NCBI GenBank assembly: GCA_030697205.1
Contig: JAUYQP010000049.1
Location: 69,623-133,622, forward strand
DNA: 64,000 nt
From: Mycobacteriales bacterium
Lineage (GTDB): Bacteria > Actinomycetota > Actinomycetes > Mycobacteriales > SCTD01
Reading direction: 5' to 3'
This document shows positions 49,058 through 59,814 of this stretch, piece by piece (within the stretch, counting starts at the first letter, position 1; each line of letters opens with the position of its first letter). The notes under the pieces are model-generated. The model worked only from the letters and a program-made list of their open reading frames with translations, searched no databases and was not told the origin of the DNA. Both the position numbers and the translations under genes were made by a program.

Positions 49058-49824
49058 CGGGGCAGCCTGGTGCGCAGTGCGACGACGAGCCCGAGGGAGA
49101 CGGCGAGCAGCAGGCTGCTCACGGCGTAGGCCGCGGCCGGGTCGTCGACGAGCAGGTCGTAGACGGCGAGCGGAAGGGTCTGCGTCGTGCCGGGCAGCGA
49201 CCCGGCGAAGGTGATCGTCGCGCCGAACTCCCCGAGCGCGCGTGCCCACGCCAGCGCCGCGCCGGCTGCGAGCGACGGTCCGACGAGCGGCAGCGTCACG
49301 GTGAGGAAGACCCGCACCCGCCCGGCGCCGAGCATCGCGGCTGCCTCCTCGTGTGCGGGGTCGAGCCCGGCGATCGCGCCCTCCAGGACGAGGACGAGGA
49401 AGGGCAGGGCGACGAAGGCCTCGGCCAGCACCACGCCGTACGACGTGAAGGCCGGTGTCGTCCCCGTGCTGACGAGCAGCGGGCCGACCAGCCCGTTGCG
49501 CCCGAAGGCGAGCAGCAGGGCGACCCCGCCGACGACCGGGGGGAGCACCAGCGGGACGAGCACGAGGGCGCGCAGCAGGCGGGTGCCGGGCAGGCCGCCG
49601 CGGGCCAGCAGCCAGGCGAGCGGGACGCCGAGCACGACGGCGAGCAGCAGCGCGCCGAGCGAGCAGCGCAGCGACAGCAGCAGCGCCTGCTGGACGCGGT
49701 CCTGGCCGAGCAGCTCGGGCAGTCGCGTCCACGGGGTGCGCGCGAGCAGGCCGACGAGCGGCAGCACCAGCAGGGCGAGGGCGGCGAGGGACGGGACGAG
49801 CAGTGCCGCGGGCGCCCGCCTCAC
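49054..49824 (-). CDS. modB: Molybdate ABC transporter permease
   Basis: 256 aa from GTG 49824. EAA-loop region and the ALGEFGATITFAG block. 4-nt overlaps with modA and modC. Confidence 0.88.
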   Translation of the reverse strand: MRRAPAALLVPSLAALALLVLPLVGLLARTPWTRLPELLGQDRVQQALLLSLRCSLGALLLAVVLGVPLAWLLARGGLPGTRLLRALVLVPLVLPPVVGGVALLLAFGRNGLVGPLLVSTGTTPAFTSYGVVLAEAFVALPFLVLVLEGAIAGLDPAHEEAAAMLGAGRVRVFLTVTLPLVGPSLAAGAALAWARALGEFGATITFAGSLPGTTQTLPLAVYDLLVDDPAAAYAVSSLLLAVSLGLVVALRTRLPR

Positions 49825-50540
49825 GGTGGCGGTAGGAAGCCGGCAGCCGCGAGCACGGCCTGCGCCGGGGCAGACACCAGGAACGCCACGAAGCGCTCGC
49901 CCTCCTCCTGGTGCGTGGCGCCGAGGACCGCTGCGGCCGGGTAGGCGTTGCTGGTGCCCGGCAGGGGCGTGCCCGCGATCTCGGGCGTGCGCAGGTCGGT
50001 GACGTAGGCGATGCCGGCATCGGCCTCGCCGAGGCGCACGCGGGCCACGACCGCCTTCACGTCGGGCTCCTCCGAGACCGGTCGGACGACCACCTCCGCC
50101 GCGGCGAGCGCGGCCCGCGCCGCCTTGCCCACGGGGACGTTGGGGCCGGCGAGCACCACCGTCGTACCCGGTCGGGCCAGGTCGGCAAGGGTGGTGAGGC
50201 CCTTCGGGTTGCTCGGCGCGGTGACGAGGGCGAGCCGGTTGCGCGCGACGACCACAGGTGGGCCGACGAGCCCGGCGACCGACTGCAGGCTCGGCTCGTC
50301 GGCGGTCACGACCACATCGGCGGGGGCACCCTCGCGGACCTGCGAGACGAGCACCTGCGACCCCGCGAAGGACACCTGCACGTCGACGTCGGAGTGCTCG
50401 CGCTCGTAGACCGCCTCGAGCTCGGTGAAGGTGGCCGTGAGGGACGCGGCTGCCAGGACGACCAGTGGCTCCCGGTCGTCGGCCGCGCCGCCGCATCCGG
50501 TCAGCAGCACGCCGGCGAGCGCCAGGACCGCCGTCCTCAC
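49821..50540 (-). CDS. modA: Molybdate-binding lipoprotein
   Basis: 239 aa. Lipobox LLTGC. Contains AAASL...F and ADAGIAYVTD blocks. Confidence 0.88.
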   Translation of the reverse strand: MRTAVLALAGVLLTGCGGAADDREPLVVLAAASLTATFTELEAVYEREHSDVDVQVSFAGSQVLVSQVREGAPADVVVTADEPSLQSVAGLVGPPVVVARNRLALVTAPSNPKGLTTLADLARPGTTVVLAGPNVPVGKAARAALAAAEVVVRPVSEEPDVKAVVARVRLGEADAGIAYVTDLRTPEIAGTPLPGTSNAYPAAAVLGATHQEEGERFVAFLVSAPAQAVLAAAGFLPPP

Positions 50541-50923
50541 GGCAGCTCCACGACGACGTTGGTGGACTTGACCGACGCGACCGCCGGTGCGCCGGGCTCG
50601 AGCCCGAGGGCGTCGACGGCCTCGGTGCTGACGATCGAGACGAGCCGGTGCGGCCCGGACTGCACCTCGACCTGCGACACGACGTCACCGCGCACGACCC
50701 GGGTGACGATCCCCTCGAAGCGGTTGCGCGCCGAGCTGTGCCGCGACCCCTCCGGCTCGCCCGCCTGGGCCACCGCGAAGGCGGCCAGCGCCGTCCCCTC
50801 GACCACGCGCCGCCCGCCGGCGTCGGTCGTGACGGGCAGTCGGCCGGTGTCGGCCCACCGCCGGACCGTGTCGTCACTCACACCCAGCAATGCAGCCGCG
50901 GCGGCCAGGCGGTAGGTGGGCAC
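50537..50923 (-). CDS. Molybdenum-responsive regulator (excisionase/MerR-type HTH fused to a Mop/TOBE domain)
   Basis: 128 aa. HTH AAALLGVSDDTVRRWADTGRL plus TOBE block SARNRFEGIVTRV...VKSTNVVVE. First gene of the mod operon (4-nt overlap with modA). Confidence 0.8.
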   Translation of the reverse strand: MPTYRLAAAAALLGVSDDTVRRWADTGRLPVTTDAGGRRVVEGTALAAFAVAQAGEPEGSRHSSARNRFEGIVTRVVRGDVVSQVEVQSGPHRLVSIVSTEAVDALGLEPGAPAVASVKSTNVVVELP

Positions 50924-50929
50924 CTACGG

Positions 50930-50935
50930 AGATTA
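50930..50935 (-). promoter_or_regulatory. -10-like hexamer TAATCT placed for a leaderless transcript of the mod regulator
   Basis: Minus strand reads TAATCT-CCGTAG-GTG, so the last T is at -7 relative to the start-codon G. There is no RBS. Confidence 0.35.
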
Positions 50936-51031
50936 GCGCGGTAGTTCTCCGCAGATGCGGACGATCTGGGGACGCGCCCCCGAACCTGCGGCACCGGTGG
51001 CCGACCAGTCGCCGGGTGAGAGGCTGGTCGC

Positions 51032-51649
51032 GTGACCCGCCGCGACTACGACCCCGCCGCGCTCGGACCCGACATCTACGGGCTCCTCAACAGCGTCGTC
51101 GTCCCCCGCCCGATCGCCTGGGTCACCACCCGGTCCGCCGACGGGGTCGACAACCTCGCGCCGCACTCGTTCTTCACGATCTCCTCGGTCCAGCCGCCCG
51201 TCGTGCAGTTCACCTCGGTCGGCACCAAGGACACCCTGCGCAACGCCCGCGCGACCGGTGAGTTCACCGTCAGCTTCTGCCCCGAGCCGCTGCTCGAGCA
51301 GATCAACGCCACCGCCACCGACTACCCCGCAGGCACGAGCGAGTACGACGCTGCCGGCCTCACCCGCGAGGCGTCGGTCGTCGTGGCCCCGCCCCGCGTC
51401 GCGGCGTCGCCGGTGGCGATCGAGTGCCGCGTCGTCGGGGAGCGCGACTTCGGGGGCGGCTCGACGGTGGTCTTCGGTGAGGTGGTCTGGGTCAGCGTCG
51501 ACGAGGAGGTGCTGCGCGACGGGCGCCCCGAGATCGAGCTCCTGCGCCCCCTGGCGCGCCTGGGCGCGCAGGAGTGGTCCACCATCGGTGACGTGGTGCA
51601 GCGCCGGCGGATCCCCTTCACCGACCTCTCGGCAGAGGCCGTGTCGTGA
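51032..51649 (+). CDS. Flavin reductase family protein
   Basis: 205 aa. PRPIAWVTT and NLAPHSFF blocks. Confidence 0.85.
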   Translation: MTRRDYDPAALGPDIYGLLNSVVVPRPIAWVTTRSADGVDNLAPHSFFTISSVQPPVVQFTSVGTKDTLRNARATGEFTVSFCPEPLLEQINATATDYPAGTSEYDAAGLTREASVVVAPPRVAASPVAIECRVVGERDFGGGSTVVFGEVVWVSVDEEVLRDGRPEIELLRPLARLGAQEWSTIGDVVQRRRIPFTDLSAEAVS

Positions 51650-52239
51650 CCGCGATGACGACCCGCGCGGCGTCGACCCGCACGTCGCTGCTCGCCGCCG
51701 CCCGTGAGGTCTTCACCGCGTCGGGCTTCGCCGAGGCCTCCATCGCCGACGTCGTCGCGAAGGCGGGCGCCAGCGTCGGCAGCCTCTACCACCACTTCGG
51801 CGGCAAGGCCGACCTCTACCTCGCGCTGTTCGAGGAGCACCAGCAGCGGCAGGAGGAGCGCGCCGCGGCCGCCGTCCGCGCGGCCCGCGCCACCGAGAGC
51901 GACCCCGTCAGCCTCTTCGTCGCCGGCTCGCGCGCCTACCTCGCCGGCTGCTGGCAGGAGCGCGACCTGTCGCGCATCTTCCTCGCCGGCGGCGGCCCTC
52001 CCGGCTTCGAGCTGGTCGCCCGCCGCCGCTACCGCGAGTGGACCCGCCGCAACGCGACCCTGCTGCGCACCGGCCCCGACGACAGCGCCGAGCCGTGGGG
52101 CGACGCGCTCGTCCTCGTCCTCACGACCGTCGTCAGCGAGGCCGGCCACGAGGTCGCGGTCTGCGAGGACGAGCAGTCGGCAGAGCGCCTTGCCGGCGAC
52201 GTGCTGGCCCTCATCGGGCGGATAGGTGGTGGCGCGTGA
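51646..52239 (+). CDS. TetR family transcriptional regulator
   Basis: HTH IADVVAKAGASVGSLYHHFGGK. GTGA overlaps on both sides. Confidence 0.85.
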   Translation: MTAMTTRAASTRTSLLAAAREVFTASGFAEASIADVVAKAGASVGSLYHHFGGKADLYLALFEEHQQRQEERAAAAVRAARATESDPVSLFVAGSRAYLAGCWQERDLSRIFLAGGGPPGFELVARRRYREWTRRNATLLRTGPDDSAEPWGDALVLVLTTVVSEAGHEVAVCEDEQSAERLAGDVLALIGRIGGGA

Positions 52240-52790
52240 GCTCCGAGGTCAGTCCCGCGAAGAAGCGCGGCCGCGAGACAGCCGCGGACATGGTCCGCTC
52301 GCTCGGCATCGTCATGGTGCTGGTCGTCGCGGCCTTCTGGCTCGCCCAGCCGCCCGACAGCGACAAGGCCGTCATCCGTGTGATCGACCCGGCGGTCGAG
52401 ATCCTGTCGTTCACCCGCGCCGTCCCCGACGCCGTCGTGCCCGGCACGCTTCCCGCGGAGTGGCGCCCCACGGTCGCGGCGTACGACTCCTCGCCCGACC
52501 GGCTGCGGGTCGGCTACAACACTCCGAGCAAGGAGTATGCCGAGTACTTCGCGTCCGCCGGTGACCGCGACGACTTCCTGCTCGAGGCCGCCGGCCGGAC
52601 GACCGAGAAGGGCACCGTCGACGTGGGCGGCACGACCTGGCAGCAGGTCGACAACACCGAGGGCGTCGTGTCGCTGGTGCGCACCGCCGGCACCCTCACG
52701 GTGGTCGTCGGCGGGATCCGCTCGACGACGACGCTCGACGAGCTACGCGTCCTCGCCGCCAGCCTGACCACCCTCACGACCCGGGGCTAG
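52236..52790 (+). CDS. DUF4245-like membrane-anchored protein
   Basis: 184 aa from GTG 52236. Basic N-terminus, one TM helix ([14 protein letters not shown]) and a soluble domain. Occupies the Rv1100-like position near glpX. Confidence 0.7.
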   Translation: MSSEVSPAKKRGRETAADMVRSLGIVMVLVVAAFWLAQPPDSDKAVIRVIDPAVEILSFTRAVPDAVVPGTLPAEWRPTVAAYDSSPDRLRVGYNTPSKEYAEYFASAGDRDDFLLEAAGRTTEKGTVDVGGTTWQQVDNTEGVVSLVRTAGTLTVVVGGIRSTTTLDELRVLAASLTTLTTRG

Positions 52791-52970
52791 CGCCGCGTCG
52801 AGCCTTGCCCGCGCGCCGTCGAGCCACTCCTGGCACGTGCGCGCCAGCGCCTCGCCGCGCTCCCAGAGCGCCAGCGACTCCTCGAGCGTCGCGCCCCCGG
52901 CCTCGAGACGTCGTACGACGTCGGCGAGCTCGTCACGCGCCTGCTCGTAGGACGGTGTTGGATCGGCCAC
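52743..52970 (-). CDS. xseB: Exodeoxyribonuclease VII small subunit
   Basis: 75 aa. [33 protein letters not shown]. Confidence 0.85.
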   Translation of the reverse strand: MADPTPSYEQARDELADVVRRLEAGGATLEESLALWERGEALARTCQEWLDGARARLDAALAPGREGGQAGGEDA

Positions 52971-53465
52971 GTGGGCACCCTACGGCGGGCGACGGTCTCC
53001 GACGCGCACGACCTCACCCGGCTGCGGGCGCTCATGCACGACGCGATGGGTGCGGACACCAGCGACCCCGTCTGGTGGCGGGTGACGGAAGAGGCCTTCG
53101 CGCGACGGCTGGCCGGCCCGGGCTTCGTCGCCTTCGTCGTCGAGTCCGACGGCCGGGTCGTGTCCTGCGGCGCCGGCTGGCTCGAGGAGCACCTGCCGTC
53201 ACCGCGTCAGCTCGACGGGCGGAAGGGCTACATCGCGTCGATGTCGACCGAGCCGACGGCGCGGCGGCAGGGCTGCGGTGAGCTGGTCTTCACCGCGCTG
53301 ATGGGGTGGTTCGCCGAGCAGGGCGTGTCCCGGGTGGACCTGCGCGCGACGGAGGACGGGCGGCGGCTCTACGAGCGCTTCGGCTTCCGCGTCCTGGGCG
53401 GCGCCTCCATGGCCTGGACCGCCCCGGGCTCCTCGCCGGGGATGCCCGGGTCTACTGCGCCGTAG
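52971..53465 (+). CDS. GNAT family N-acetyltransferase
   Basis: 164 aa. [13 protein letters not shown] (the acetyl-CoA-binding Q/RxxGxG/A region) and RLYERFGF. Lies between xseB and xseA on the opposite strand. Confidence 0.8.
   Translation: MGTLRRATVSDAHDLTRLRALMHDAMGADTSDPVWWRVTEEAFARRLAGPGFVAFVVESDGRVVSCGAGWLEEHLPSPRQLDGRKGYIASMSTEPTARRQGCGELVFTALMGWFAEQGVSRVDLRATEDGRRLYERFGFRVLGGASMAWTAPGSSPGMPGSTAP
52977..52982 (-). promoter_or_regulatory. -10-like hexamer TAGGGT placed for a leaderless xseB transcript
   Basis: Minus strand reads TAGGGT-GCCCAC-GTG, so the last T is at -7. The hexamer lies inside the first codons of the opposite-strand GNAT gene. Confidence 0.35.
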
Positions 53466-54645
53466 CGGCGACCTCGCCCTCGGCCAGGCGCAGTCGCAGC
53501 GCGGTGCCCGAGGAGACGTCAGCTGCCCGTCGTACGACGGAGCCGTCCTCGGTCTGCACCACGGCGTAGCCGCGGTCGAGGGTGGCCTGCGGCGACAGGG
53601 AGACGACGCGGGCGCGGGTGTGGCGCAGGTCGTCGGCGGCCCGGTCGAGGGCCGAGGCGAGGGAGCGTCGGGTGCGGTCGCGCAGGCCGTCGACGTCGGA
53701 TGCCCGGCCCTCGACGAGCGAGAGCGGGTCGGCCAGGCAGGGCCGGCTGCGGACGTGCTCGAGCCGGGCCAGCTCGGTGCGGACCGTGCCGACCGCGACC
53801 CGGCGGGCCCGGTCGCGCAGCTGCGCCACCCGGGACAGCTCCTCGACGACGTCGGGCACGACCCGCTTGCCGGCGTCGGTCGGTGTCGAGCAGCGGACGT
53901 CGGCGACGAGGTCGACCAGCGGCGAGTCGGGCTCGTGGCCGATGGCGCTGACGACAGGGGTGCGGCAGTCGGCTACGGCCCGGCAGAGCAGCTCGTCGGA
54001 GAAGGGGAGCAGGTCCTCGACGCTGCCGCCGCCACGGGCCAGGACGATGACGTCGACGGTCGGCGCGCGGTCGAGCGACCGCAGGGCGTCGACGACCTGC
54101 GCGACGGCGAGGTGCCCCTGGACGGCGACCTCGCGGACGTCGAAGACGACGGCGGGCCAGCGGCGGGTGGCGTTCTCGACGACGTCCCGCTCGGCAGCTG
54201 ACGCCCGGCCCGTGACGAGGCCGACGGTGCGCGGCAGGAACGGCAGCGGCTTCTTGCGCGACGGCTCGAACAGGCCCTCGGCGCGCAGCACGCCCTTGAG
54301 CCGGTCGAGGCGGGCGAGCAGCTCGCCGACGCCGACCGGCCGGATCTCGGTGGCGACCAGCGACAGCGTGCCGCGCGAGAGGTAGAAGTCGGGCTTGGCG
54401 TGCACGACGACGCGGGCGCCCTCGGAGAGCTGGGCCTGCTCGCAGACCGCCCGGCTGCAGGTGACGGTGACGCTGACGTCGGCGACCGGGTCGCGCAGCG
54501 TGAGGAAGACCGTGCCCGGCCGACGGCTCAGCTGCGTGATCTGTCCCTCGACCCAGACCCGGCCGAGCCGCCCCACCCAGTCGTGGATGGACTTGGCGAC
54601 GACGCGGACCGGCAGCGGTGCCTCAGCGCTGTTGTCCAGGGCCAT
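53452..54645 (-). CDS. xseA: Exodeoxyribonuclease VII large subunit
   Basis: 397 aa. N-terminal OB fold ([23 protein letters not shown]) and the GRGGGS-like block [10 protein letters not shown]. Confidence 0.92.
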   Translation of the reverse strand: MALDNSAEAPLPVRVVAKSIHDWVGRLGRVWVEGQITQLSRRPGTVFLTLRDPVADVSVTVTCSRAVCEQAQLSEGARVVVHAKPDFYLSRGTLSLVATEIRPVGVGELLARLDRLKGVLRAEGLFEPSRKKPLPFLPRTVGLVTGRASAAERDVVENATRRWPAVVFDVREVAVQGHLAVAQVVDALRSLDRAPTVDVIVLARGGGSVEDLLPFSDELLCRAVADCRTPVVSAIGHEPDSPLVDLVADVRCSTPTDAGKRVVPDVVEELSRVAQLRDRARRVAVGTVRTELARLEHVRSRPCLADPLSLVEGRASDVDGLRDRTRRSLASALDRAADDLRHTRARVVSLSPQATLDRGYAVVQTEDGSVVRRAADVSSGTALRLRLAEGEVAATAQ

Positions 54646-54674
54646 CCGCGGACCCTAGCGACTCACCTGGTGGC

Positions 54675-55571
54675 TCAGGTCGTGCGGACCTTGGTGCGCG
54701 GCGCCGAGGTCTTGGCGGTGGCGGCCGCGGTGACCTTGCCCGGCTTCTTGGGGGCCTTGGCGGTGGCGACCTGCTCAGGCGCGGGCGCGTCCGACGGAGC
54801 GGCCGCGGGAAGTGCCGCGGTCTCGGTCGCGAGCTTGGCGATCCGGTTGTCGAGCATCGTCACGACGGGCAGCCGGTCGGCCTTGGACTTCTCGTAGTCC
54901 CGCACCTGCACGAGCTGCTCGAGCGACAGCGAGCGCAGCCGGCCGCGCAGGGAGCCCAGCGTCATGTGGTCGTAGTCGGCGAGCGGGAGCTCGGCGTGGG
55001 TCGGTACCTCGGTGTCGACGGCTGCCGCGACCTGCTCGACGACGGCGACGACATCGGGGGTGGCCGCGGTGTCGACGCGGGTGCTGTCGGGCTGGGTGGC
55101 CTTCGGAGTCGGCTCGCCCTTGGGGGCCTCGGCGTCCGGGACGTCCTCGGCGGCGTCGAGCTCCCCCTGCAGGTCGTCGACGAGGCTGGTGCCCTTCTCC
55201 TTCGCCGCGCCGACTCCGGCCTTCGCGGCGCTGCCGATGTCGCGGACCTTCGCCGAGACCGCCTCGCCGGCGTCCTCGAGCGTGTCCTCGACCTTGTCGT
55301 AGGCGCCCGCGAACGGGGTCTTCTCGACGAGCTCCTCGACGTGGTCCTCGATCTCGTCGAAGGACGTGCCGCGCAGCTTGGCGACGAGCTTCTCGCCGCG
55401 GTCGGCGAGCTCGTCGTACTCCCGGCGCACGCTCTCGGCCGTCACGAGCGCCTGGCTCACGACGAGGACGGGCAGCTGCACCGCCTTGCCGGGCAGGCGC
55501 CGGACCGAGCGGACGACCGTGGGGACGAGGCCGAGCGCGGCGGCGACGGGGGTGGGAACGGCGGGGGGCAC
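54675..55571 (-). CDS. Conserved hypothetical protein (Rv1109c-position; lipid-droplet-associated-protein-like)
   Basis: 298 aa from GTG 55571 (GGAGGA RBS). N-terminal hydrophobic segment, an acidic amphipathic helical region and a Lys/Ala/Pro-rich tail. Assignment is by synteny. Confidence 0.6.
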   Translation of the reverse strand: MPPAVPTPVAAALGLVPTVVRSVRRLPGKAVQLPVLVVSQALVTAESVRREYDELADRGEKLVAKLRGTSFDEIEDHVEELVEKTPFAGAYDKVEDTLEDAGEAVSAKVRDIGSAAKAGVGAAKEKGTSLVDDLQGELDAAEDVPDAEAPKGEPTPKATQPDSTRVDTAATPDVVAVVEQVAAAVDTEVPTHAELPLADYDHMTLGSLRGRLRSLSLEQLVQVRDYEKSKADRLPVVTMLDNRIAKLATETAALPAAAPSDAPAPEQVATAKAPKKPGKVTAAATAKTSAPRTKVRTT

Positions 55572-55694
55572 GGGTCCTCCGAGGATCGGGCGGTTGGCAG
55601 CGAGCGCTGCTGGTGTCGGCGTTCCCGGGGTGGGCCCGCTCACACGCAGTCGGGGCGGCAGGTGAGGGGTGTCACCGGGACCTACGATGACAGC

Positions 55695-56675
55695 ATGACC
55701 GGCACCGGCACGACCCCGCGCAAGCGGGTCCTCGTCGCAGCCCCCCGCGGCTACTGCGCCGGCGTCGACCGCGCCGTCATCACCGTGGAGAAGGCCCTGC
55801 AGGTCTACGGCGCTCCCGTCTACGTCCGCAAGCAGATCGTGCACAACGCCCACGTCGTGCGGACCCTCGAGGCCAAGGGCGCGGTCTTCGTCGAGGAGAC
55901 CGAGCAGGTCCCCGAGGGCGCGACTGTCGTCTTCTCCGCCCACGGCGTCGCGCCGACCGTCCACGCCGAGGCCGCGACCCGACAGCTGAAGACGATCGAC
56001 GCCACCTGCCCGCTGGTCACGAAGGTCCACATGGAGGCCAAGCGGTTCGCTGCTGACGACCTCGACATCATCCTCATCGGCCACGAGGGCCACGAGGAGG
56101 TCGTCGGGACGACCGGTCAGGCGCCCGAGCACATCCATCTCGTCGATGGTGTCGAGGAGGCCGCGGCCGTCGTCGTGCGCGACCCCGAGCGGGTCGCCTA
56201 CCTCTCCCAGACCACGCTGTCTGTCGACGAGACCAACACCACCGTCGACGCGCTGCGCGAGCGCTTCCCTGCGCTGCAGGGCCCGCCGTCGGCGGACATC
56301 TGCTACGCCACGCAGAACCGCCAGGTCGCGGTCAAGCAGATCGCCGCGGACTCCGAGCTCGTCCTGGTCGTTGGCAGCCGCAACAGCTCCAACAGCGTCC
56401 GCCTGGTCGAGGTGGCGCTCGACGCGGGTGCGTCCGCGTCGTACCTCGTCGACGACGCCACGGAGATCGACGCGGCCTGGCTGGAAGGTGTCACGACGGT
56501 CGGCCTCACGAGCGGCGCCTCGGTGCCCGAGGATCTCGTCGCTGGCGTGGTGGCTTGGCTCGCTGAGCGCGGCTACGCCGACGTCGACGAGGTCGTCGCC
56601 GCCGAGGAGCACCTGCTGTTCGCGCTGCCGCCGGAGCTGCGCCGCGACCTGCGCGCCGCCGGCCTGGAGGGCTAG
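55695..56675 (+). CDS. ispH: 4-hydroxy-3-methylbut-2-enyl diphosphate reductase
   Basis: 326 aa from ATG 55695. Blocks [24 protein letters not shown] and SSNS. Confidence 0.95.
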   Translation: MTGTGTTPRKRVLVAAPRGYCAGVDRAVITVEKALQVYGAPVYVRKQIVHNAHVVRTLEAKGAVFVEETEQVPEGATVVFSAHGVAPTVHAEAATRQLKTIDATCPLVTKVHMEAKRFAADDLDIILIGHEGHEEVVGTTGQAPEHIHLVDGVEEAAAVVVRDPERVAYLSQTTLSVDETNTTVDALRERFPALQGPPSADICYATQNRQVAVKQIAADSELVLVVGSRNSSNSVRLVEVALDAGASASYLVDDATEIDAAWLEGVTTVGLTSGASVPEDLVAGVVAWLAERGYADVDEVVAAEEHLLFALPPELRRDLRAAGLEG

Positions 56676-57172
56676 GCCGGTCGCCGACCGAGTGCGCCGC
56701 GCACGACCGCGATCGCGAGGGCGAGACCGGTCGCGGTAAGCAGCACCGGGGCGCCGAGCACGAGCGCGTTGAGCAGCTCGAGCGCCTGTCGGGTGAGCAG
56801 TGACTGGCTGCCCACCGTCGTCTCCACCGCTCCCGCGAGCAGGGCCAGCACGCAGTAGACGAGCGGTGGGATGACCACTGCGGCGACGAGGTCCTCGCGG
56901 TGCACGAGCAGGGCGGCCAGCCCGCACCCGGCGACGAAGCAGACCGCGAAGACGGTCCGCAGCCCTGGGCCGGTCAGGACGTCGACGAGCCCGCCGGCGA
57001 TGCCGAGCGCGAGGGCGAGCGCGACTGCACCGGTGGCGGTGAGGCCCCGTCGGTCGGACAGGTGCGCACCGGCCGGCAGGTGGTGGCCGGGTGCAGACTC
57101 GACCTGCTCGTCAGGCGCGGTGGGTGCCGGGCGGGGTTCGCCCGCGCCGCGAGGACCGGTCCAGCTGCTCAC
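56672..57172 (-). CDS. Multi-pass membrane protein (Rv1111c-position, DUF6542-like)
   Basis: ~166 aa from GTG 57172. Pro-rich N-terminus followed by 4 TM helices. The start is uncertain. Confidence 0.55.
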   Translation of the reverse strand: MSSWTGPRGAGEPRPAPTAPDEQVESAPGHHLPAGAHLSDRRGLTATGAVALALALGIAGGLVDVLTGPGLRTVFAVCFVAGCGLAALLVHREDLVAAVVIPPLVYCVLALLAGAVETTVGSQSLLTRQALELLNALVLGAPVLLTATGLALAIAVVRGALGRRPA

Positions 57173-57236
57173 CTCGCGGACGCTACCCCCGACCCGGGGT
57201 CGCTCCACCTCGTTGCCGTGTGGCGCGCCGCACGGT

Positions 57237-58310
57237 TCATCCGGTCTGGTCGAGGCCCTCCGGTGCGGCGACGAGCCGAGGCAGGACGTCGATCGTGACC
57301 GGATCGGCGAGCTCGCGCTGCGACATGCGACGGGCACTCGGCAGGACCTGTGACTCCAGCGAGCCGACCGTGGCGTTGTAGGCCTCGACGGTGCGGCCGA
57401 GAGATCGGCCGAGCTTGTCGACGTGACCGCCGAGGGTGGCGAGCCGGGCGTGCAGCTCCTTGCCGGCAGCCAGGACCGCGCGGGCGTCGTCGGTGAGCGA
57501 CTGCTGTCGCCAGGCGTGGGCCACGGTGCGGAGCAGCGACACCAGTGTGGTGGGCGTCGCGACGTGGACGCCCCGCGACCAGGCGTGCTCGAGCAGTGCG
57601 GGGTCGTGCTCGAGGGCCGGGGCGAGGAAGGCCTCCCCGGGGACGAAGAGCACGACGAACTCGGGGGAGTCGTCGAGGTGCTGCCAGTAGGCCTTGTCGG
57701 CGAGCCGGTCGACGTGGTCGCGCAGGTGCCGTGCGTGGGCGGCCATCCGCTGCGCAGCGACGGTCTCGTCGGTGGCCTCGGCCGACTCGAGGTAGGCGGC
57801 CAGGGTCACCTTCGCATCGACGACGACGGTCCGCCCCCCGGCCAGGCGGACGACCAGGTCGGGACGGCTCGCGTCGCGCAGGGTGGTCTGCTCGGTGAAG
57901 TCGCAGCGGTCGGTCATGCCGGCCATCTCGACGACGCGGCGCAGCTGGACCTCTCCCCACCGGCCCCGCGCCTGCGGCTTGCGCAGGGCGTCGACGAGCG
58001 ACGCGGTCTGCCGGCCGAGCTGCTCGGAGGTGATCCGGACCTCTGTGACCTGCGCCCTCAGCTCGCCCATGGTGCGGGCCCGGTCGACCTCGAGGCCCTG
58101 CAGCTGCTGCTCGACCCGGTGCAGCTGCTCGGTGAGCGGGGCGACCATCCGGCCGACCGCAGCCCGGCTCTCTCCGTCGGTCTCGCGCATCGCCTGCGCC
58201 GCCAAGCCCTGGAACGACGCGGCGAGAACCGCCTCGTCCCGCCTGGTGAGCAGCCGGCCGAGCAGGAGGCCGAGGACGACACCGACGAGCAGGGCGAGAG
58301 CGATCTCCAT
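57237..58310 (-). CDS. rmuC: DNA recombination protein RmuC
   Basis: 357 aa from ATG 58310. N-terminal TM/coiled coil and a C-terminal RmuC nuclease-like block (VVVDAKVTL...FVVLFVPGEAF). Confidence 0.88.
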   Translation of the reverse strand: MEIALALLVGVVLGLLLGRLLTRRDEAVLAASFQGLAAQAMRETDGESRAAVGRMVAPLTEQLHRVEQQLQGLEVDRARTMGELRAQVTEVRITSEQLGRQTASLVDALRKPQARGRWGEVQLRRVVEMAGMTDRCDFTEQTTLRDASRPDLVVRLAGGRTVVVDAKVTLAAYLESAEATDETVAAQRMAAHARHLRDHVDRLADKAYWQHLDDSPEFVVLFVPGEAFLAPALEHDPALLEHAWSRGVHVATPTTLVSLLRTVAHAWRQQSLTDDARAVLAAGKELHARLATLGGHVDKLGRSLGRTVEAYNATVGSLESQVLPSARRMSQRELADPVTIDVLPRLVAAPEGLDQTG

Positions 58311-58421
58311 GCTGAGCACCGAACCACGCTGGTACGACAGGCAGCTCCCGCCACGCTGTCGTCCGTGTCCGGTCGGCGAGCGGGAGTCGGGCGTCTGGGC
58401 GCGCCGGTAGCCTCTGACCCC

Positions 58422-59495
58422 GTGAGCCTCAGCATCGGGATCGTCGGCCTGCCCAACGTCGGCAAGAGCACGCTGTTCAACGCGTTGACCAAGAACGACG
58501 TCCTCGCGGCCAACTACCCCTTCGCGACGATCGAGCCCAATGTCGGCGTCGTCGGGGTGCCGGACCCGCGGATCGCCACGCTCGCCGAGGTCTTCGGCTC
58601 GGCCAAGCAGCTGCCGGCGACGGTCGACTTCGTCGACATCGCGGGGATCGTGCGGGGTGCGTCGGAGGGGCAGGGGCTCGGCAACAAGTTCCTCGCCAAC
58701 ATCCGCGACAGCGACGCGATCTGCCAGGTCATCCGGGTCTTCGACGACGGCGACGTCGTGCACGTCGACGGCAAGGTCTCGCCCAAGGACGACATCGAGA
58801 CCATCAACACCGAGCTGATCCTCGCCGACCTGCAGACCATCGAGAAGGCCATCCCGCGGCTCGAGAAGGAGGCGCGGATCAAGAAGGACGTCGTCGCCCA
58901 GCTCGAGGCCGTGCACGAGGCGCAGAAGGTCCTCGACTCCGGGCAGACCGTCTTCGCTGCCGGCCTCGACCGGGAGCCGCTGCGCGAGCTGCACCTGCTG
59001 ACGGCCAAGCCGTTCCTCTACGTCTTCAACCTCGACGAGGCGCAGCTCGGTGACACCTCGCTGCGCGCGTCCCTGGCATCCCTCGTTGCGCCGGCTGAGG
59101 CGGTCTTCCTCGATGCCAAGGTCGAGATGGAACTCGTCGAGATGGATGAGGCCGACGCCCTCGAGCTGCTCCAGTCGATGGGTCAGGAGGAGTCCGGCCT
59201 CAACCAGCTCGCCCGCATCGGCTTCGCGACCCTCGGCCTGCAGACCTACCTGACGGCCGGGCCGAAGGAGGCGCGCGCCTGGACGATCAAGGTCGGCGCC
59301 ACCGCCCCCCAGGCCGCCGGTGTCATCCACACCGACTTCGAGCGCGGCTTCATCAAGGCGGAGGTCATCGGCTTCGCCGACCTCGTCGAGCTCGGCTCGG
59401 TCGCCGCCGCACGGGCCGCCGGCAAGGCCCGCATGGAGGGCAAGGACTACGTGATGCAGGACGGCGACGTCGTGGAGTTCCGCTTCAACGTGTAG
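58422..59495 (+). CDS. ychF: Redox-regulated ATPase YchF
   Basis: 357 aa from GTG 58422. Blocks [23 protein letters not shown] and C-terminal GFIKAEV. Confidence 0.95.
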   Translation: MSLSIGIVGLPNVGKSTLFNALTKNDVLAANYPFATIEPNVGVVGVPDPRIATLAEVFGSAKQLPATVDFVDIAGIVRGASEGQGLGNKFLANIRDSDAICQVIRVFDDGDVVHVDGKVSPKDDIETINTELILADLQTIEKAIPRLEKEARIKKDVVAQLEAVHEAQKVLDSGQTVFAAGLDREPLRELHLLTAKPFLYVFNLDEAQLGDTSLRASLASLVAPAEAVFLDAKVEMELVEMDEADALELLQSMGQEESGLNQLARIGFATLGLQTYLTAGPKEARAWTIKVGATAPQAAGVIHTDFERGFIKAEVIGFADLVELGSVAAARAAGKARMEGKDYVMQDGDVVEFRFNV

Positions 59496-59586
59496 GCGTG
59501 GGCAGGGTCGTAGGTTAGCGGGGCCATGCGCCAGCTCGAGCCTGGCTGCCGCGTGGTGCCCACGATGCTATCGTGAGATATCGGAG

Positions 59587-59814
59587 GTGGCCGTGACCGA
59601 CGTTCTGGTGCGAGATGTGCCCGACGACGTGGTCGCCGCGTTGGAGGCCCGAGCCGCCCGTCTGGGGCTGTCCCGCAGCGAGTTCCTTCGTCGGCGCTTG
59701 GCACAGGAGGCCACTGCCAGCGCCATGAGCGTCAGCCACGATGACCTGGAGTCCTTCTCGGCCACGTTCGCTGACCTCGCTGACCCTGAGGTCATGAGGG
59801 GCGCCTGGGAGTGA
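59587..59814 (+). CDS. vapB: Ribbon-helix-helix antitoxin (VapB-type)
   Basis: 75 aa. [41 protein letters not shown]. 4-nt overlap with the PIN toxin gene. Confidence 0.8.
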   Translation: MAVTDVLVRDVPDDVVAALEARAARLGLSRSEFLRRRLAQEATASAMSVSHDDLESFSATFADLADPEVMRGAWE

